Positions 51,140 through 63,811 of a stretch of 64,000 nt of DNA are shown in pieces (the first letter of the stretch is position 1; every line of letters begins with the position of its first letter). Under the pieces are notes generated by a model, which had not been told where the DNA came from, ran no database searches, and saw nothing but the letters and a program-made list of their open reading frames with translations. A program made the position numbers and the translations under genes. Origin of the DNA: Camelus ferus (taxonomy: Eukaryota); assembly GCF_009834535.1 (NCBI RefSeq), contig NC_045697.1:44580001-44644000 (forward strand). Reading direction: 5' to 3'.

Positions 51140-51625
51140 TTAGTATATGTTCTTCCCTTTCCCAAAAGACCTGCCTTTAATTCAGGAATCCAGCATTTGC
51201 CAGTACAGTTTAGGGACCCCAGAGGAAGCTGAGCCCATCCCCGGTTCCAAGGGGTTTCTGATTGGCTTCAGAAGAGTTTTCCAATGCCACAGTGATTAAT
51301 TCTGGAATAGACATTTGTCACAATAACCGACGCTTCCTGGGGACCTTGGGTAAAGTATTTTCTTTGGCTTTGAGAGCCACCAGGCATCAGGATGCCTTCT
51401 TTTCCTGTAGGCATGTTTATAATGTTAGTCCTGAAACTACTGCAGCCAACTTGAAGCAGATGCATGGAAAGAAGAGAAAGAGAATTGAAGAGAAATGGGC
51501 CAGAACCCTGATCAAATCGTATCTGATCACTGCTTTTAGAACTATGAGTTAATGAATTTCCTTAATTGCTCATGCAAATTTAAGTGGGCTGTTTCTTGCA
51601 GCCAAGAGTATCCCTACTGATACAG
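51140..51625 (+). mobile_element. Old MaLR MLT1 (K/L-like) LTR
   Basis: gaaactactgcagccaacttg...gaactatgagttaatgaatttcc...gtttcttgcagccaagagtatccctactgataca. Confidence 0.65.
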
Positions 51626-53179
51626 AAAGGAGGTCCACTTCAAACCAGAAGAGTCCCTAATCCAGAGGACCACCCTCAGGATCTATTTCAGGGATCCCTT
51701 GGCCAATCTGATCCAATGGGAGGGTTACAGAGATGCTCTCCTCTGGTCTGTACCTACTTTTAACTTTCAGGACCTTTTGTGGTCATGCTCTGGTTTGTAA
51801 GCCTAGAGCACTCCTTCAAAGGCTGTCCCTGCTTGAATGGATCCTCTGGCTCTAATCTGATCCAGATCCCACCCTTGAGTCCAGAAGTGCCTGCCACAGT
51901 CACCTCTAGCTTGTGGAAAACAGGTCTTCTCTCTGGTAGTGCATCATCTCCAACATGATGTCTAATGAGAAGACATTTCTTTGGGAGATGTATTCACATT
52001 CACAGACTCACTCCTGCATTCTCTAGTTTCCCATACAACTTTTGTTTTTACAGTGATTTTGGTCTAGGCACATAGTCAGTTTTGGGAAAGCCTGTGAGTC
52101 CTTATTAGCTAAAAGTGGAAGCTATTGTGATAGAGGTAATTTGACAATGGAAGGGCTTGGTCTGGTGTGGTAATAAAGCTGGCATCCTAAATGATCTCTA
52201 ACTAAGCCCACCAAGAATAGATGGATTGCCTTCCAAGGGTAAGATACCTATTGTGGAGCTATTATGTAATACAGAGAAGTGTTTACAGTGAGGGATCTGT
52301 GTGCACGTGGTGTATAATACTGTGAGCCTGCAATCATGGGTAAGTTTTCAACTTTTGTTTGAATAGAACTGAATCAAGAGCAGTGGTTTTCATATTTGGT
52401 TGGGAGTTGGGGTGGGGAGTTGGGACTGGGATTGGGAGTTGGGGTGGGGTAAGGGGTAGAGCATTTGGCAGTCATGGTACTTTAGATACAACACTTTAAA
52501 GCAATGCTGTACTTAATACCATTCTAAGCACTAGGCAGATCCTGGAGGCAGAAAATCTGACTCTTAACTTATATCTATAACCCCAGTGATGCTGGACCTT
52601 TTTGTTCTTACCTCAAAGCCTGTCTCTGTTCATTATTCTAGGCAGAGAATAATGTCTAGTCTAACAGGTTAAAAATAATTGCAAAGCAATAAAAAAAGTT
52701 AATCTCTTGGACAATGTGAAGTGGAGATGGCATTCATAAAACACTGCAAAACTTTAAAAATGTCTTTTACCCATTTATTTTTTTCAAAGTCTCAGTTCAT
52801 GGTGTGGTAGGTGTCTCTAAGCTCTCTTGTTTTCTCCAAAAATTTCAGAACTTCAAAAATAGCCCTTGTTGGCCTTTTCCTTTTGTTCCTACTCTCTTAT
52901 CTTCTGGTGTATTTTCTTATATTCTAGAGTAAATTTTGCCGTTTCCTATAAAAATCAATAAGGTGCTCTTATAGCTCCCTGTCACCCATTCCTTAGATCT
53001 GCACAGAGAGGCCCAGGAATTGTGTATGTGAGGAAAGAATTCTCCTTAGCATCACTTTTAAACTTTATTTATTTGTTATTTTTATTTTTTAACATCAGCA
53101 TTGATATGACCAACATCCTACCTGTTCAACATCTTTTTCCACCACAGCCCCACAGACACGGCACACTTCTGCCACACAA

Positions 53180-54310
53180 AGATTTTAAGCAGAGAAGTGG
53201 CATGATCATACTTGCAGTTTAGAAGGATCATTGTGAGTACTGTTTGGAGAATGGATTGGGGTTTTGTTGGGCTGCGGAGGAGGAGGGGTAGTAGGGAAAA
53301 AATTTTGCAGATAGGATTGTCTAGGAAGGAGATGTTGGTAGTTGGGACTAGGGTGGTGGCAAAAGGAGATGGAAATAAGTTGAAAGGTTTGAGATTTATT
53401 TTGCTAACTTCTGGCTGGAGAAGAAATGAGGTTGTTATCCAGAGAAGGAAATATGAACAGATCTAGTTTTTTTTTTTCTTTTTAAAAATTTTCTTTTATT
53501 GAGGTATAGTCAGTTTACAATGTTGCATCAATTTCCGGTTTGTAGAGCACAGTTTTTCAGTCATACATGAATATACATATATTCATTTTCACATTCTTTT
53601 TCACCGTGAGCTACCACAAGATCTTGTATATATTTCCCTGTGCTATACAGTATAATCTTGTTTATCTATTCTATATATACCTGTCAGTATCTACCAATTT
53701 CGAACTCCTAGTCTGTCCCTTCCCACCTCCCCCCAACCGGCAACCACAAGTTTGTATTCTATGTCTACAAGTCTGTTATGTTCTTTTTTTTTTTTAGATT
53801 CCACATATGAGCGATCTCATATGGTATTTTTCTTTCTCTTTCTGGCTTACTTCACTTAGAATAACGATCTCCAGGTCCATCCATGTTGCTGCAAATGGCA
53901 TTATGTTGTTGTTTTTTTATGTCTGAATAGTATTTTATTGTATAAATATACCACAACTTCTTTATCCAGTCAAGCAGATCTAGTTTAGAAGGTAAAGGAT
54001 TGAGACTGGTTTTGGGTATGTTGAGTTTGAGGACCTTTGGGGTATCTACTTGAAATACTAATTTTTTAGATGAATCTGGAGGTCAGAACTAGAGATAAGG
54101 ATTTGGGAGTTGTCAGCTTATAGATGGCTGCTGGAGTCCATGAGTTTTGGTGAGCATATCCCAGGAAAGCTCACACACTGGGGCATTAGAGGGCTAACAG
54201 CAGAACCCTGGTAGTGAGGGTACTGTCATCTTAGAGGTGAACAAAGGAGACTGGAAGAAAACCAGGAAAAACTGGGACAGAATCTGAGAACTATTGTTGT
54301 AGACCAAGGA
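53180..54310 (-). mobile_element. L2 LINE interrupted by an L1
   Basis: gattttaagcagagaagtggcatgatc...ttagaaggatc; ggttttgggtatgttgagtttgagg...gatttgggagttgtcagc. Confidence 0.75.
53470..53974 (-). mobile_element. 5'-truncated LINE-1 3' end
   Basis: Poly-T, 3'UTR and ORF2 end (ccatccatgttgctgcaaatggc). TSD cagatctagttt at 53458-53469 and 53975-53986. Confidence 0.92.
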
Positions 54311-54349
54311 AAGTGGAGTCCTGATGATTGATTTATTGATCAACCCACT

Positions 54350-54620
54350 ATAACCAACAGAATACAGGGCTCAATTCCTGAGCCTCAGCCTTTTACAAGG
54401 ACATTGAGAAACACAGTATGTCAGGAGTAGGGCCATCAGGATGGTGAGAAACTCCTGAAATCACGTCAAAGCAGAGCAGCAAGTGCTTTCATATAGAGAA
54501 GATATTGTGGGGAACTTATCTGCCAAGTGGAAGAGGAATTTAGTTTTGTGTTTATGTTTTCAGAAAGAATAATGAGGAAGTAATGATGCAGGGATTCCTC
54601 TCTTGAGTAAGAGGTTTACC
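54350..54620 (+). mobile_element. CR1/L3 LINE remnant
   Basis: aggacattgagaaacacagtatgtcaggagtagggccatcaggatggtgagaaac resembles the CR1 ORF2 end (DIDKLERVQRRATRMV). Confidence 0.5.
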
Positions 54621-55189
54621 TATTGAGATAGCTTCTAATTTCAGAAGCCAGTGATTCTGTGAAATTTTCTTTCTCTCTCTGTCCATATTCAACGCATGTT
54701 TTGCAGGTCACTACACACATAGGGTCAGTGTGTCATGTAAGCTTCGGATGACTGTAAGGAATGACATTTTATTCTTTGGAGGCTGTAAGTAAAAGTGACA
54801 TGAATCTCCACCACGTTCATATCAGTACTCAGGAAATTTTGTTGGGAATTCCTGGGAGAGAGAATGTCTCAGTATTAAGTCAGTTTTGTGGCCTTGAGCT
54901 GAGACAGTTGACAAGACATCTTGTAATAAGAATAAGAGGGCAAGATGCCCTGAGGGTTTCATATACATTTATATCAAAATACTGTGAGGGAAAATCAATA
55001 TTTTGCTTCTGGCAGTGAAAATTCAAACCTCACCAAATTACTAGGGATGAACACTTTATTTTCAAACACCAAGAAGGGGAAAACCCCAAGGTGAACAAAT
55101 GCTTCACTGTGGCTCTGGATGTAACATAGTGTGATAGGCTTAGCAATGACCCTGTTTTGGAACTACAGTGACCTCATACCTCCTTCCAG

Positions 55190-55875
55190 TCTAGTCTTTT
55201 TTCAAAATCACCTGGGTGAAGGCTTTCCTGATCACACAATCTGAAATTGCACCCTACCTGATACTTCATTTCCTCTATCTCTGTGTTGTGTTTTCCTTAA
55301 CACTTGTCTCATCCAGAAGCAAGATCTTAGACTTTTAATCTCACTCAAAAATGCAAGTGATTTATGTGGGAGGTGACCTCAGGAAGGCAAGTCAGGTGTG
55401 GGAGAGTGAGACAGGGAGGGGAAGGAAGCCAATTCAGGGTGTGGCCGTCAGCAGGTAACTTTTCTGGGCAAATGGGACTCAGTCCTGCTGGGGAACCCTG
55501 GGAGACTGCATGGACATACCCTGAAGTATATGTGAGCCATAAGGAAGTTGGAATGTTCTCATCAGTCTGTGGTTGAGAGCTGCCAGTGGGTTGTGGGGGT
55601 AGAATTGGGACTTTTAACTCCTTAGAATTTCCTGTTGCTGAGTTTGGGCAAGTGTCCTCCCACTGGAAGAGAAAGCCTTCTGCAGCTCACAGTTGGAGTC
55701 CTGGGGTCAGGTCAAGTGGGAACGAATTTCAGAGAATCTGATAACATCTGCTAGGGAACTTGTTTCTTTCTGCTGGACTGTATAATTTCCTCGTTTATCT
55801 TTGTTGTCTGTCTCGCACTGTGACGTAAGCTTCATGAAGAGAGGGACTTTTCTCTGTTTTGTTCACTGAGTGGTA
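55190..55875 (+). mobile_element. L2 3' end split by an ERVL-type LTR fragment (about 55310-55755)
   Basis: tgaaggctttcctgatcac...ctgaaattgcaccc, then gtaagcttcatgaagagagggactttt...tgttttgttcactg. The intervening caagtgatttatgtgggaggtgacctcaggaag is LTR-like. Confidence 0.6.
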
Positions 55876-58800
55876 TTGGAAACACGGTCTCTGTGTTACT
55901 CATTCAATTTTTAACAGCACTAATTAGTGCCTACTTGAACCGGGCACTGCCCTCACATTCTCTGACACTCTGTTCTTCAAGGAGCTGGGTAGATAGCTAC
56001 CATCTTTATAGCTAATCCTTAGCCTATACTGAGTCAAGATTAAGAATTACAAAGGAAAGATGATAATTAGACACAGGCTTTTGTTGTAATGCGAGCTTGA
56101 ACTGCTAGATGAGAGAAAGATCAATAAAAGGGTGGAAGAGAAAATGCAAACGAGAGATTAGAGTGCTTATTCTAATCCTGGCTTCCACACAGAGCCTCCT
56201 GGCTAACTCGGTCTGCACACGTGGAACCCTAATGCAGAGCCTACCTCTGGCTGGCAATTAGGGTCAGGTCACAGGAAGAAGTTGCAGTTTTAGGACTGTA
56301 ATCAGAAGATGTTTTTGCTTTGGACTCCATGCTTCAGTTAATGCAGACTTAGATCTGCCAAATGGCATGGATGATTCATTGAGTAATCAGCAACCATTCC
56401 AGAGTGTTTTAAAAGCCTGTATGGCTGTTGAATTACATCCCACCTGCCCTGAAAATTTTTTCCTGCAACTCTAAACCCAAGTTTAGCATATTTTTATCAT
56501 ATACAAGCCAATGTTTAGCTTTCACTCATCTGCTCTGTCTTTTGACTCTCCTCCAATACTCACTCCTATCCCACCTCCTGTCCTTTCCAACACACAACAG
56601 ATACGATTTTTATTCTTAAAAATGCTGAGTCGTAGTGTATTTTAAAATTTTGATCAATAAGAAAATATAAGTGAGTTTTGATTATACATTATTTGTATAT
56701 AGCCACATCTCTTTCCCTTATATTAGTGGTGTTTATCAAGGATTGACCAGACTGAAAATCCATTCAAATTACATTTCCACAATTTCTAATTTTGAATTTT
56801 TCCTCTGGGGTCAGATCTGCAAGCAGCCAAAGGTACAGAGACACAGCCCATAGCTCCAATTATTCTTGTTAAAATTTTTTAGTGTGGTTTCTAATTGGAG
56901 ACTTTTCTGTACCCAACATGGGACTATGTACTCTTTTAAAATCATTCATGGGAACCTCCAGAGTATATCCCCAAAGTTGGGGAGGAAAGTTATTGCTAAA
57001 TGCAAATCTAATTTTTTTTTTAAGTATAATTGCAAGGAGGAAAATTGAGACATTTGTTTTATGCAGGCACATCTGGCTTGGAAGTAAAAACTCAGAAAGA
57101 GGTAACTTAGGGACTTTAGGTAATTAGGTCATAATCATCAAAATAACATTTCTGAATATTATTTATCATGTGTTATTAAGCTGTCGTTACACAAAGCAAA
57201 GTGGTCATATTGAAATGCCTGTAGGAGAATTAAACATGGCTGGGAGGTTGAGTACATCAGCGCATCAAGGTTTACTAAGAATGCCTGTGAGTAGAGAAAT
57301 TAGTATTTCTGGGGTCCTTCTGTCCCAAAGATGGTATTTAGACCACAACAAATCAGCCAAATCATTAGGCTATGTGTGGCTCCACCAAAGCCACATAAGT
57401 CTTGTCTGAGACTTTGGTCTTTCCACCCCCAGTGGTACCAAAAACAGTGGCACAGACAAGTGCATGGACAAGCCATGGTTGCGCAGACACCAAGAAATAA
57501 ATTAGACAAATAGAGAAGAAGCCTTTACATTATGTTAAAAAAACTGAGGACAAGAAAATGTACATTTTAATCTACAAGCTCCCTTGGAATTCCATAAAGG
57601 CTTTCTCTCAAGTAAGACAATGAGCTTGCTGGTGTGATAAATTAGCAGACACCTCCTTTGGCGTGAAGTATTCCTGTGTTGCAAATCACTGATTTTATTA
57701 GATGGCAGCTCTAGCAGCCCTCTGATGCTGCCTCATGAAAAATCCATAACAATTCAATCCAATTTTAATGGTTCTGGAAAATAATACTATGTATTTGAGA
57801 ACAGCCCTATTCCCACTTTCTAGTCGTGTCTGTTAAAGTGAATGTGATTCATGGACTTTTGTGGCTATTTTTTTTTTTTAACAATGTATGAACTTCACTC
57901 AGTTTATCTTTACCTGAGCTATTCACACATCATCTCTCCCCTCTGCATATTTCTTGCATATATTTCCAGCTTGTTTACTTATTCATTTGGTTTCTAAGCT
58001 CATTGGAGGAGGATCAAAACTAATTCAGTGGAACGTTTGAACCCATTATGACCCTTATTCATGGAAAAGATGCACATAATGGCTTGCATTTTCATTTTAG
58101 AAAATAACTGAAAATAACTGCATCTTCAATTCTCTTCAGACATATAATAAGAGAACAGGAGGAGTTACTAAGATAAGCAAAAAACTGATGAAAGCCAATT
58201 TAGGAGTAGACTGTGACTCTGTCCTATATGCCTTCTAATTTCATTTGTTTACTTATGTGTAAGTCTTTATTCATCTGACACCTTTATTGTGTGAAAGTCA
58301 CGCTGTTTTCCTGTCAATGAAAACCCTCTGGGAATACACAAGGGCTTGGTGTGTACTTCCAGCTAGATTGCTATCTTTTTTCTTTGACCATAGTTAGATT
58401 AATTTATCTCCCACAGACCCAGTATTGGAAAAGAACAGGACATTACTGTATTTTTGTATGTTCTGATTCTTGTGTGTTAGCAGTACTGTCTATCCGTTGA
58501 TTAGAGCATGAACATCCTTCAGATGTCTCAAGGTAAAAGAACATGTTACTTCTCGAGTTTCATAGTTGTTTAAATTCCTTTTCTAGGCATAATAGTTATC
58601 AGAATATGTTCTTTGCATGATTTTTCCTGTTATCAGTATCTTTTACCGGCAGCAAAGATTTCGTCTGCTAATAAAATATTAGTTGGTCTGTACCTCTGTT
58701 TCTATTACTTTTTCTGGTACATACGTTTTTCATGTGATGTATTTTTATTGGCATACAATTTCAGTGATATGAAGACTGTGGATATTATTTGTTTTATTAC

Positions 58801-60269
58801 ATCTTAATGGTTTTACCATCATTTGTTGTCTGTTGCTATTAAGAAATATATTCTTTAATAGATACACAATACTTTGAGAATAAGTGGTGACAAGAGTTTC
58901 CTAAGGGAAAATCAGAATACTGAAATAATGATAGAAGTCTGTTCAGTTGCCTCAGTTTCCCCAGTAAGACTTAGAATAGATTATTCTGGAGGGATACAGA
59001 TTGAAACAAATGCAAAGTTAATTTGTCGGCTTTGCTCTGTGAGTGTGCATGCCTATAAGGAGATCATTTGCCCTACTCACCATTCCTGGAGGTTAGGGAG
59101 GTTGTATTTTGTTATCTCACTTAATACATAGAACTTTTGAAAACACTGATGACCATCCCTAGACGTGCTTGCCCTTTCCTGGGTCAGATTCCGTCTATTT
59201 TTCTAGTCCTGTATACTTGCCCCATCTTATTGTCCCTCAGGTGAGTAAAAAATTTATTAACATACAAAAAGATAGAGAGCATACTCTAGATAACCTGTTT
59301 ATCTGGAAAACTACTGATTTGGACCACACCATAAAAAAAAATCTACTTTCAAAAACATATAGGAGAAATAAGTAACTTAACATAAAATTTGGCTGATATT
59401 TCTTGTGACAGATGAAAATGTCAATGAACTGTTCATGAATTTTCCAACAGAATTACAGAGTATTTTGCTTTTAAATAGATTTTATTTTTTAAGTATGAAA
59501 ATATCTTACTGCAACAGTTTTTCCCACAAGAAATACCTGCTAGGGAGAACACTGAGGAGTAGCTGAAGCTTTATCTTCTCCAGCCCATCTCAGTATTGGT
59601 ACTGATATCTTCAACTTACAGATTGTCTCTTCAATTCCTAAGTCACTCCTTGATCAATCCTGAACAAGGTTTTATAAAAATATAATAGCAGGGAGGGGGG
59701 CTTTATAATGGTAGACTTAAGTAGGTATAGAATTGCTCATACAGTGGTAGGTTCTGTATCCAGGGTGCTTGGAGTAATGCTTCGGTTGTCAGGCAGAGCT
59801 GTGCTTTGGGGGAATGCAAACTTTAATGCAGATACAGTATTTACCAAGATAGTTATTTCTTTTATATGATGATTCATCCTAATACTAGCATATTGACCTC
59901 TTCTTGACCACTTTTCCACATATTCTTACTTGGCCTCCAGCCTCACTTTCAAGAGACCCAAGTTGCCTGATGTTAAAATAAGACAGGAGAAATGCAGTTG
60001 TCCAGGAAGTAGTAAAAAATATCTCTAGAGCATGTGGCAAAGTTTTCCTGGTGTGGCCCAACTCATATCCACTCTCTCTGAATTCTTAGAGTCTTCCTTA
60101 TACCTAGGGAGACAATTTGCACCCTATGCTCAACATTTCCTCTTAACTTTTCTTCAGCTTCTTGAGTTCTCCACAGTATCAGAATATGGATCTATGATGC
60201 TGTTGATGGCTGGTGTTGGAGTATGGGGAAGACATTTAATGTTGTTCCAAGAAATAAATAAAACCACAG

Positions 60270-60720
60270 ACACTTTTGGTGCAGGTCCCCAGAAATCAAG
60301 CTATTATTTCTTAAAGTTCTGCAATTTAAGTTGGTCTCAGTAGGGTGGTTCTTCTGCTCCACATGGTGACTGCTGAGCTGGAGTATTTAAGATGGCTTCT
60401 TTACACACATGTTTGGTGCCTGAGCTGGAAAGGCTGCAAGAGCTGACTGCTAGCTAGGCATTTCTCTCTCTCTCTCTACAAGGTCTCTCAACTAGGGTAG
60501 CTGGACTTTTTTACACGGTGGATCAGGGCATCAAGAGAGACCATTTCAAGAGGGCAAACCCTATTGTGAAATCACTTATTGAGCTTCTTCTGCTTGCATC
60601 ATACTTGCTAATGTTCATTGACCAAATTAAGCCACACGGCCCAGCCTAGACTCAATGTGGAAAGGCTTGAATACTGAAGGTATGATTCACTGGGGGTTGC
60701 CAATCCAACAGTCTATCATA
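60270..60720 (-). mobile_element. Old MaLR MLT1-type LTR
   Basis: aagatggcttctttacacacatgtttggtgcctg...cttgctaatgttcattgaccaaa...caacagtctatcata. Confidence 0.7.
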
Positions 60721-62080
60721 TGGGGGTAATATGCTAAATTTACATGAAGTTTATAGATGAAACAAATGATTTCAAGATAAGTTTGCTTTTATGGTGGGCC
60801 AGGATTCATCTACTGCAGATGATACGTTTACTTTTTTTTCTGCTACTGAGGACTGACCAAGCCAGTTTGGTGTGCACAGCTATTAGGTTCTTGTTGGTAC
60901 ATCTTGGGAGTTTTAATGGTTGACAGTAATGAGGGTTAATTAATCTCTCATAACCTTGTATCAGGTTATTAGGAAAGCAAGTCTCAGACCAAATTCTGCT
61001 ACTCATATAGACATTTCTGCAAGCAGGCACAAAACAATCATAAACCACTTCTGCAAGCATCATTTAGGGATATCACCTAGGGCTCCATTCCTAAGGATAA
61101 AGATTCCAGGGCTCACTAGAGTTTTACCTCATGTTTTTGAAAGTATGGGGAGTGTCTATAAAATGTTATAGTCAGTTCACATTTCCCTACTGCCACTAAT
61201 TTCCCAAATGAAAGCCTCATTTTTATCAATTAACAAGCCACTAATTCCACCAATGAAAACCCAGTTCTAACATTGTGCTGATTAGGAATGCTCTTGCATT
61301 GAAGGGAGAAAATAATGACTAAAGACCTTTTAGTCATTGCCTCTAGTGTATGACTTTTCTAATAACACTTAGCTAATTATCCCCAGAATGTAGATTTCTG
61401 ATTAGGGCAACATCCTGCCCCAAGAGTGTAATTGCTTCTGACATACACTGTCTATACTAAAGAATATTAAAATAAAGCATAGATACCATAACATGTGCTT
61501 TAAAGGGTGCTTTGGTAGAAAAGTTTGAGACAGTTTCACCAGAGTACAAGAAATTAGGACCTTGAGATTAAGATTTGTGGAGTCATTGCTTTTGGAGGCA
61601 ACAACATCTCAGTTCTCAGGTAACTGTTTCCAAAGCTAAGTCTCAGGTACATATGAGAAGCCCATAATTTAAAGATGTATTAAAATATTTAATCTATTTA
61701 TTTAATTGTATTTTTATTATCTATTTTCAATCATGCACAAAAGAAGAAGCTGTACCTATCACCCAGCTTCAGTGATTATGAATGATGACCAACTATCTCT
61801 ACCCCTCTCCTCCACTTCCATCCCAGTGCATTGAAGTAAACCCCAGATATGTCATTTCATCTGTAAATACTTCACTGTATATTTCTAACAACAGGTAAGG
61901 ATTCTTCTATTAGCATAATGCAATTAATACACCTAAAAATAAATAGTTCCACAATATGAAGTCAGTATTCACATTTCTTTGAATCATAAATATCTATTTA
62001 TAGTTGTTTTGTTTGATATTGGATTCAAACAAGGTTCATAGATTACATTTCGTTGATATGCACCTTGGGTCCTGTATTTC

Positions 62081-63439
62081 CTTCTTTTTTGTTGTATATA
62101 TATATTTTTATTAAAGTATAGTCAGTTTACAATGTTGTGTCAATTTCTGGTGTACAGCGTAATGCTTCAGTCATATGTGAACATACATATATTCGTCCTC
62201 ATATTCTTTTTCACCGCAAGTTACTACAAAATATTGAATATAGTTCTCTATGCTATACAGTGTAAACTTGTTGCTTATCTATTTTATATATAGTAGTTAG
62301 TATCTGCAAATCTTGAACTCCCAATTTATCCCTTCCTACCCACCTCCCCCTTGTAACCATAAGTTTGTTTTCTATGTTTGTGAGTCTGTTTCTGGTTTGT
62401 AAATAAGTTTGTCTTTTTTTTTTTTTAGACTTCACATATAAGTGGTATCATATGGTATTTTTCTTTCTCTTTCTGGCTTATTTCACTTAGAATGACAGTC
62501 TCCAGGTCCATCCATGTTGCTGCAAATGGCATCATTTTATTATTTTTTGTGGCTGAATAGTATTCCATTGTATAAATATACCACAGCTTCTTTACCCAGT
62601 CATCTGTGGATGGACATTTAGGTTCTTTCAATGTCTTGGCTATTTTAACTAATGCTGCTATGAACATTGGGGTGCATGTATCTTCTCGAATTATGGTTCC
62701 CTCTGGATATATGCCTGGGAGTGGGATTGCTGGATCATATGGTAAGTCTATTTTCAGTTTTTTGAGGACTCTTCATACTATTTTCCATAATGGCTGCACC
62801 AAACTACATTCCCATCAACAGTGTAAGAGGGTTCCTTTTTCTTCACAGCCTCTCCAGCACTTATCATTTGTGGACTTTTGAATGATGACCATTCTGACTG
62901 TTGTGAGGTGACACCTCTTTGTAGTTTTGATTTGCATTTCTCTGATAATTAGCAATTTGAGCATTTTTTCATGTGCCTATTGGCCATTTGTATGTCTTCA
63001 TTGGAAAAGTGTTTGTTTAGTTCTTCTGCCCATTTTTGGATTGGGTTGTTTGGTTTTTTTATTATTAAGTTGTGTGAGCTGTTTATATATTCTGGAAATT
63101 AAGCCCTTGTCAGTCTCATCTTTTGCAAACTTTTTCTCCCATTCTGTAGGTTGTCTTTTTGTTTTGCTTATGGTTTTAAGTTTAATTCAGTCCCATTTGT
63201 TTATTTTTGCTTTTATTTCTATTGCCTGGGTAGACTGCCGTAGAACATTGCTGAGATTTATGTCAGATAATATTTTGCCTATGTTTTCTTCTAGGAGGTT
63301 TATAGTGTCTCGTCTTATGTTTAAGTCTTTAAGCCATTTTGAGTTTATTTTTGTGTATGATGTGAGGGAGTGTTCTAACTTCATTGATTTATATGCAGCT
63401 GTCCAGTTCTCCCAACACCATCTGCTGAAGAGACTGTCT
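62081..63439 (-). mobile_element. 5'-truncated LINE-1 (ORF2 C-terminus, 3'UTR and tail), the 3' part of the U6-L1 chimera
   Basis: ORFs 63187-63384 (YTKINSKWLKDLNIR...EENIG...KAKINKWD) and 62425-62667 (MFIAAL...[23 protein letters not shown]...FAATWMDLETVILSE) match L1 ORF2p. TSD GGTCCTGTATTTC lies at 62068-62080 and 63552-63564. Confidence 0.95.
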
Positions 63440-63550
63440 AAAAATACAGAAGGAACACTTCATAAATCTGCATATCATCCTTGTGCAGGGACCATGCTAA
63501 TCTTTTCTGTATCATTCCAATTTTAGTATATATGCTGCTGGAGCAAGCAC
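63440..63550 (-). pseudogene. RNU6: Full-length U6 snRNA retrocopy, the 5' part of a U6-L1 chimera
   Basis: Reverse complement reads GTGCTTGCTCCAGCAGCATATATACTAAAATTGGAATGATACAGAAAAGATTAGCATGGTCCCTGCACAAGGATGATATGCAGATTTATGAAGTGTTCC(TTCT)GTATTTTT, colinear with vertebrate U6 from nt 1 to the terminal T run. There are 14 substitutions in the first 99 nt, all seven CpGs are decayed, the ACAGAGA box is changed to ACAGAAA, and there is a 4-nt insertion near the 3' end. Confidence 0.96.
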
Positions 63551-63582
63551 AGGTCCTGTATTTCTTGACATATACCTAGAAC

Positions 63583-63811
63583 TGAGCTTCCTAATCTCAG
63601 CACTATTAACAATTTGGACTGGATAATTATTTGACTTGCGGAACTGTCCTGAGTATTGCAGGATATTTAGCAGCATCCCTGGTCTCTACCTACTATATGC
63701 CAATAGCACCAGACCCCACCCTCCCTTTCCCCACCATGTGAAAACCAAATATGTCTCTAACCATTGGCTAATGTCTCCTAGGGGCAAAACTTCCCTAGTT
63801 GGGAATAATTG
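63583..63811. mobile_element. MER20 hAT-Charlie MITE
   Basis: tctcagcactattaacaatttggactggataatt...tttagcagcatccctggtctctacctacta...ggggcaaaacttccctagttgggaa. Confidence 0.85.

Noticed and set aside
59207..59240. Possible 34-nt micro-exon (ttttctag|...cag|gtgagt)
   Set aside because: The donor is strong, but there is no recognisable peptide or partner exon. It cannot be supported without RNA-seq or conservation data.
62927..63526. Longest ORF in the window (199 aa, plus strand)
   Set aside because: It is the antisense reading of L1 ORF2 running into antisense U6. Hydrophobic antisense L1 ORFs are a common artefact.
63440..63550. Functional U6 snRNA gene
   Set aside because: The ACAGAGA box is mutated, all CpGs are decayed, it is fused to L1, and the upstream sequence is TSD plus MER20 rather than a PSE/TATA promoter.
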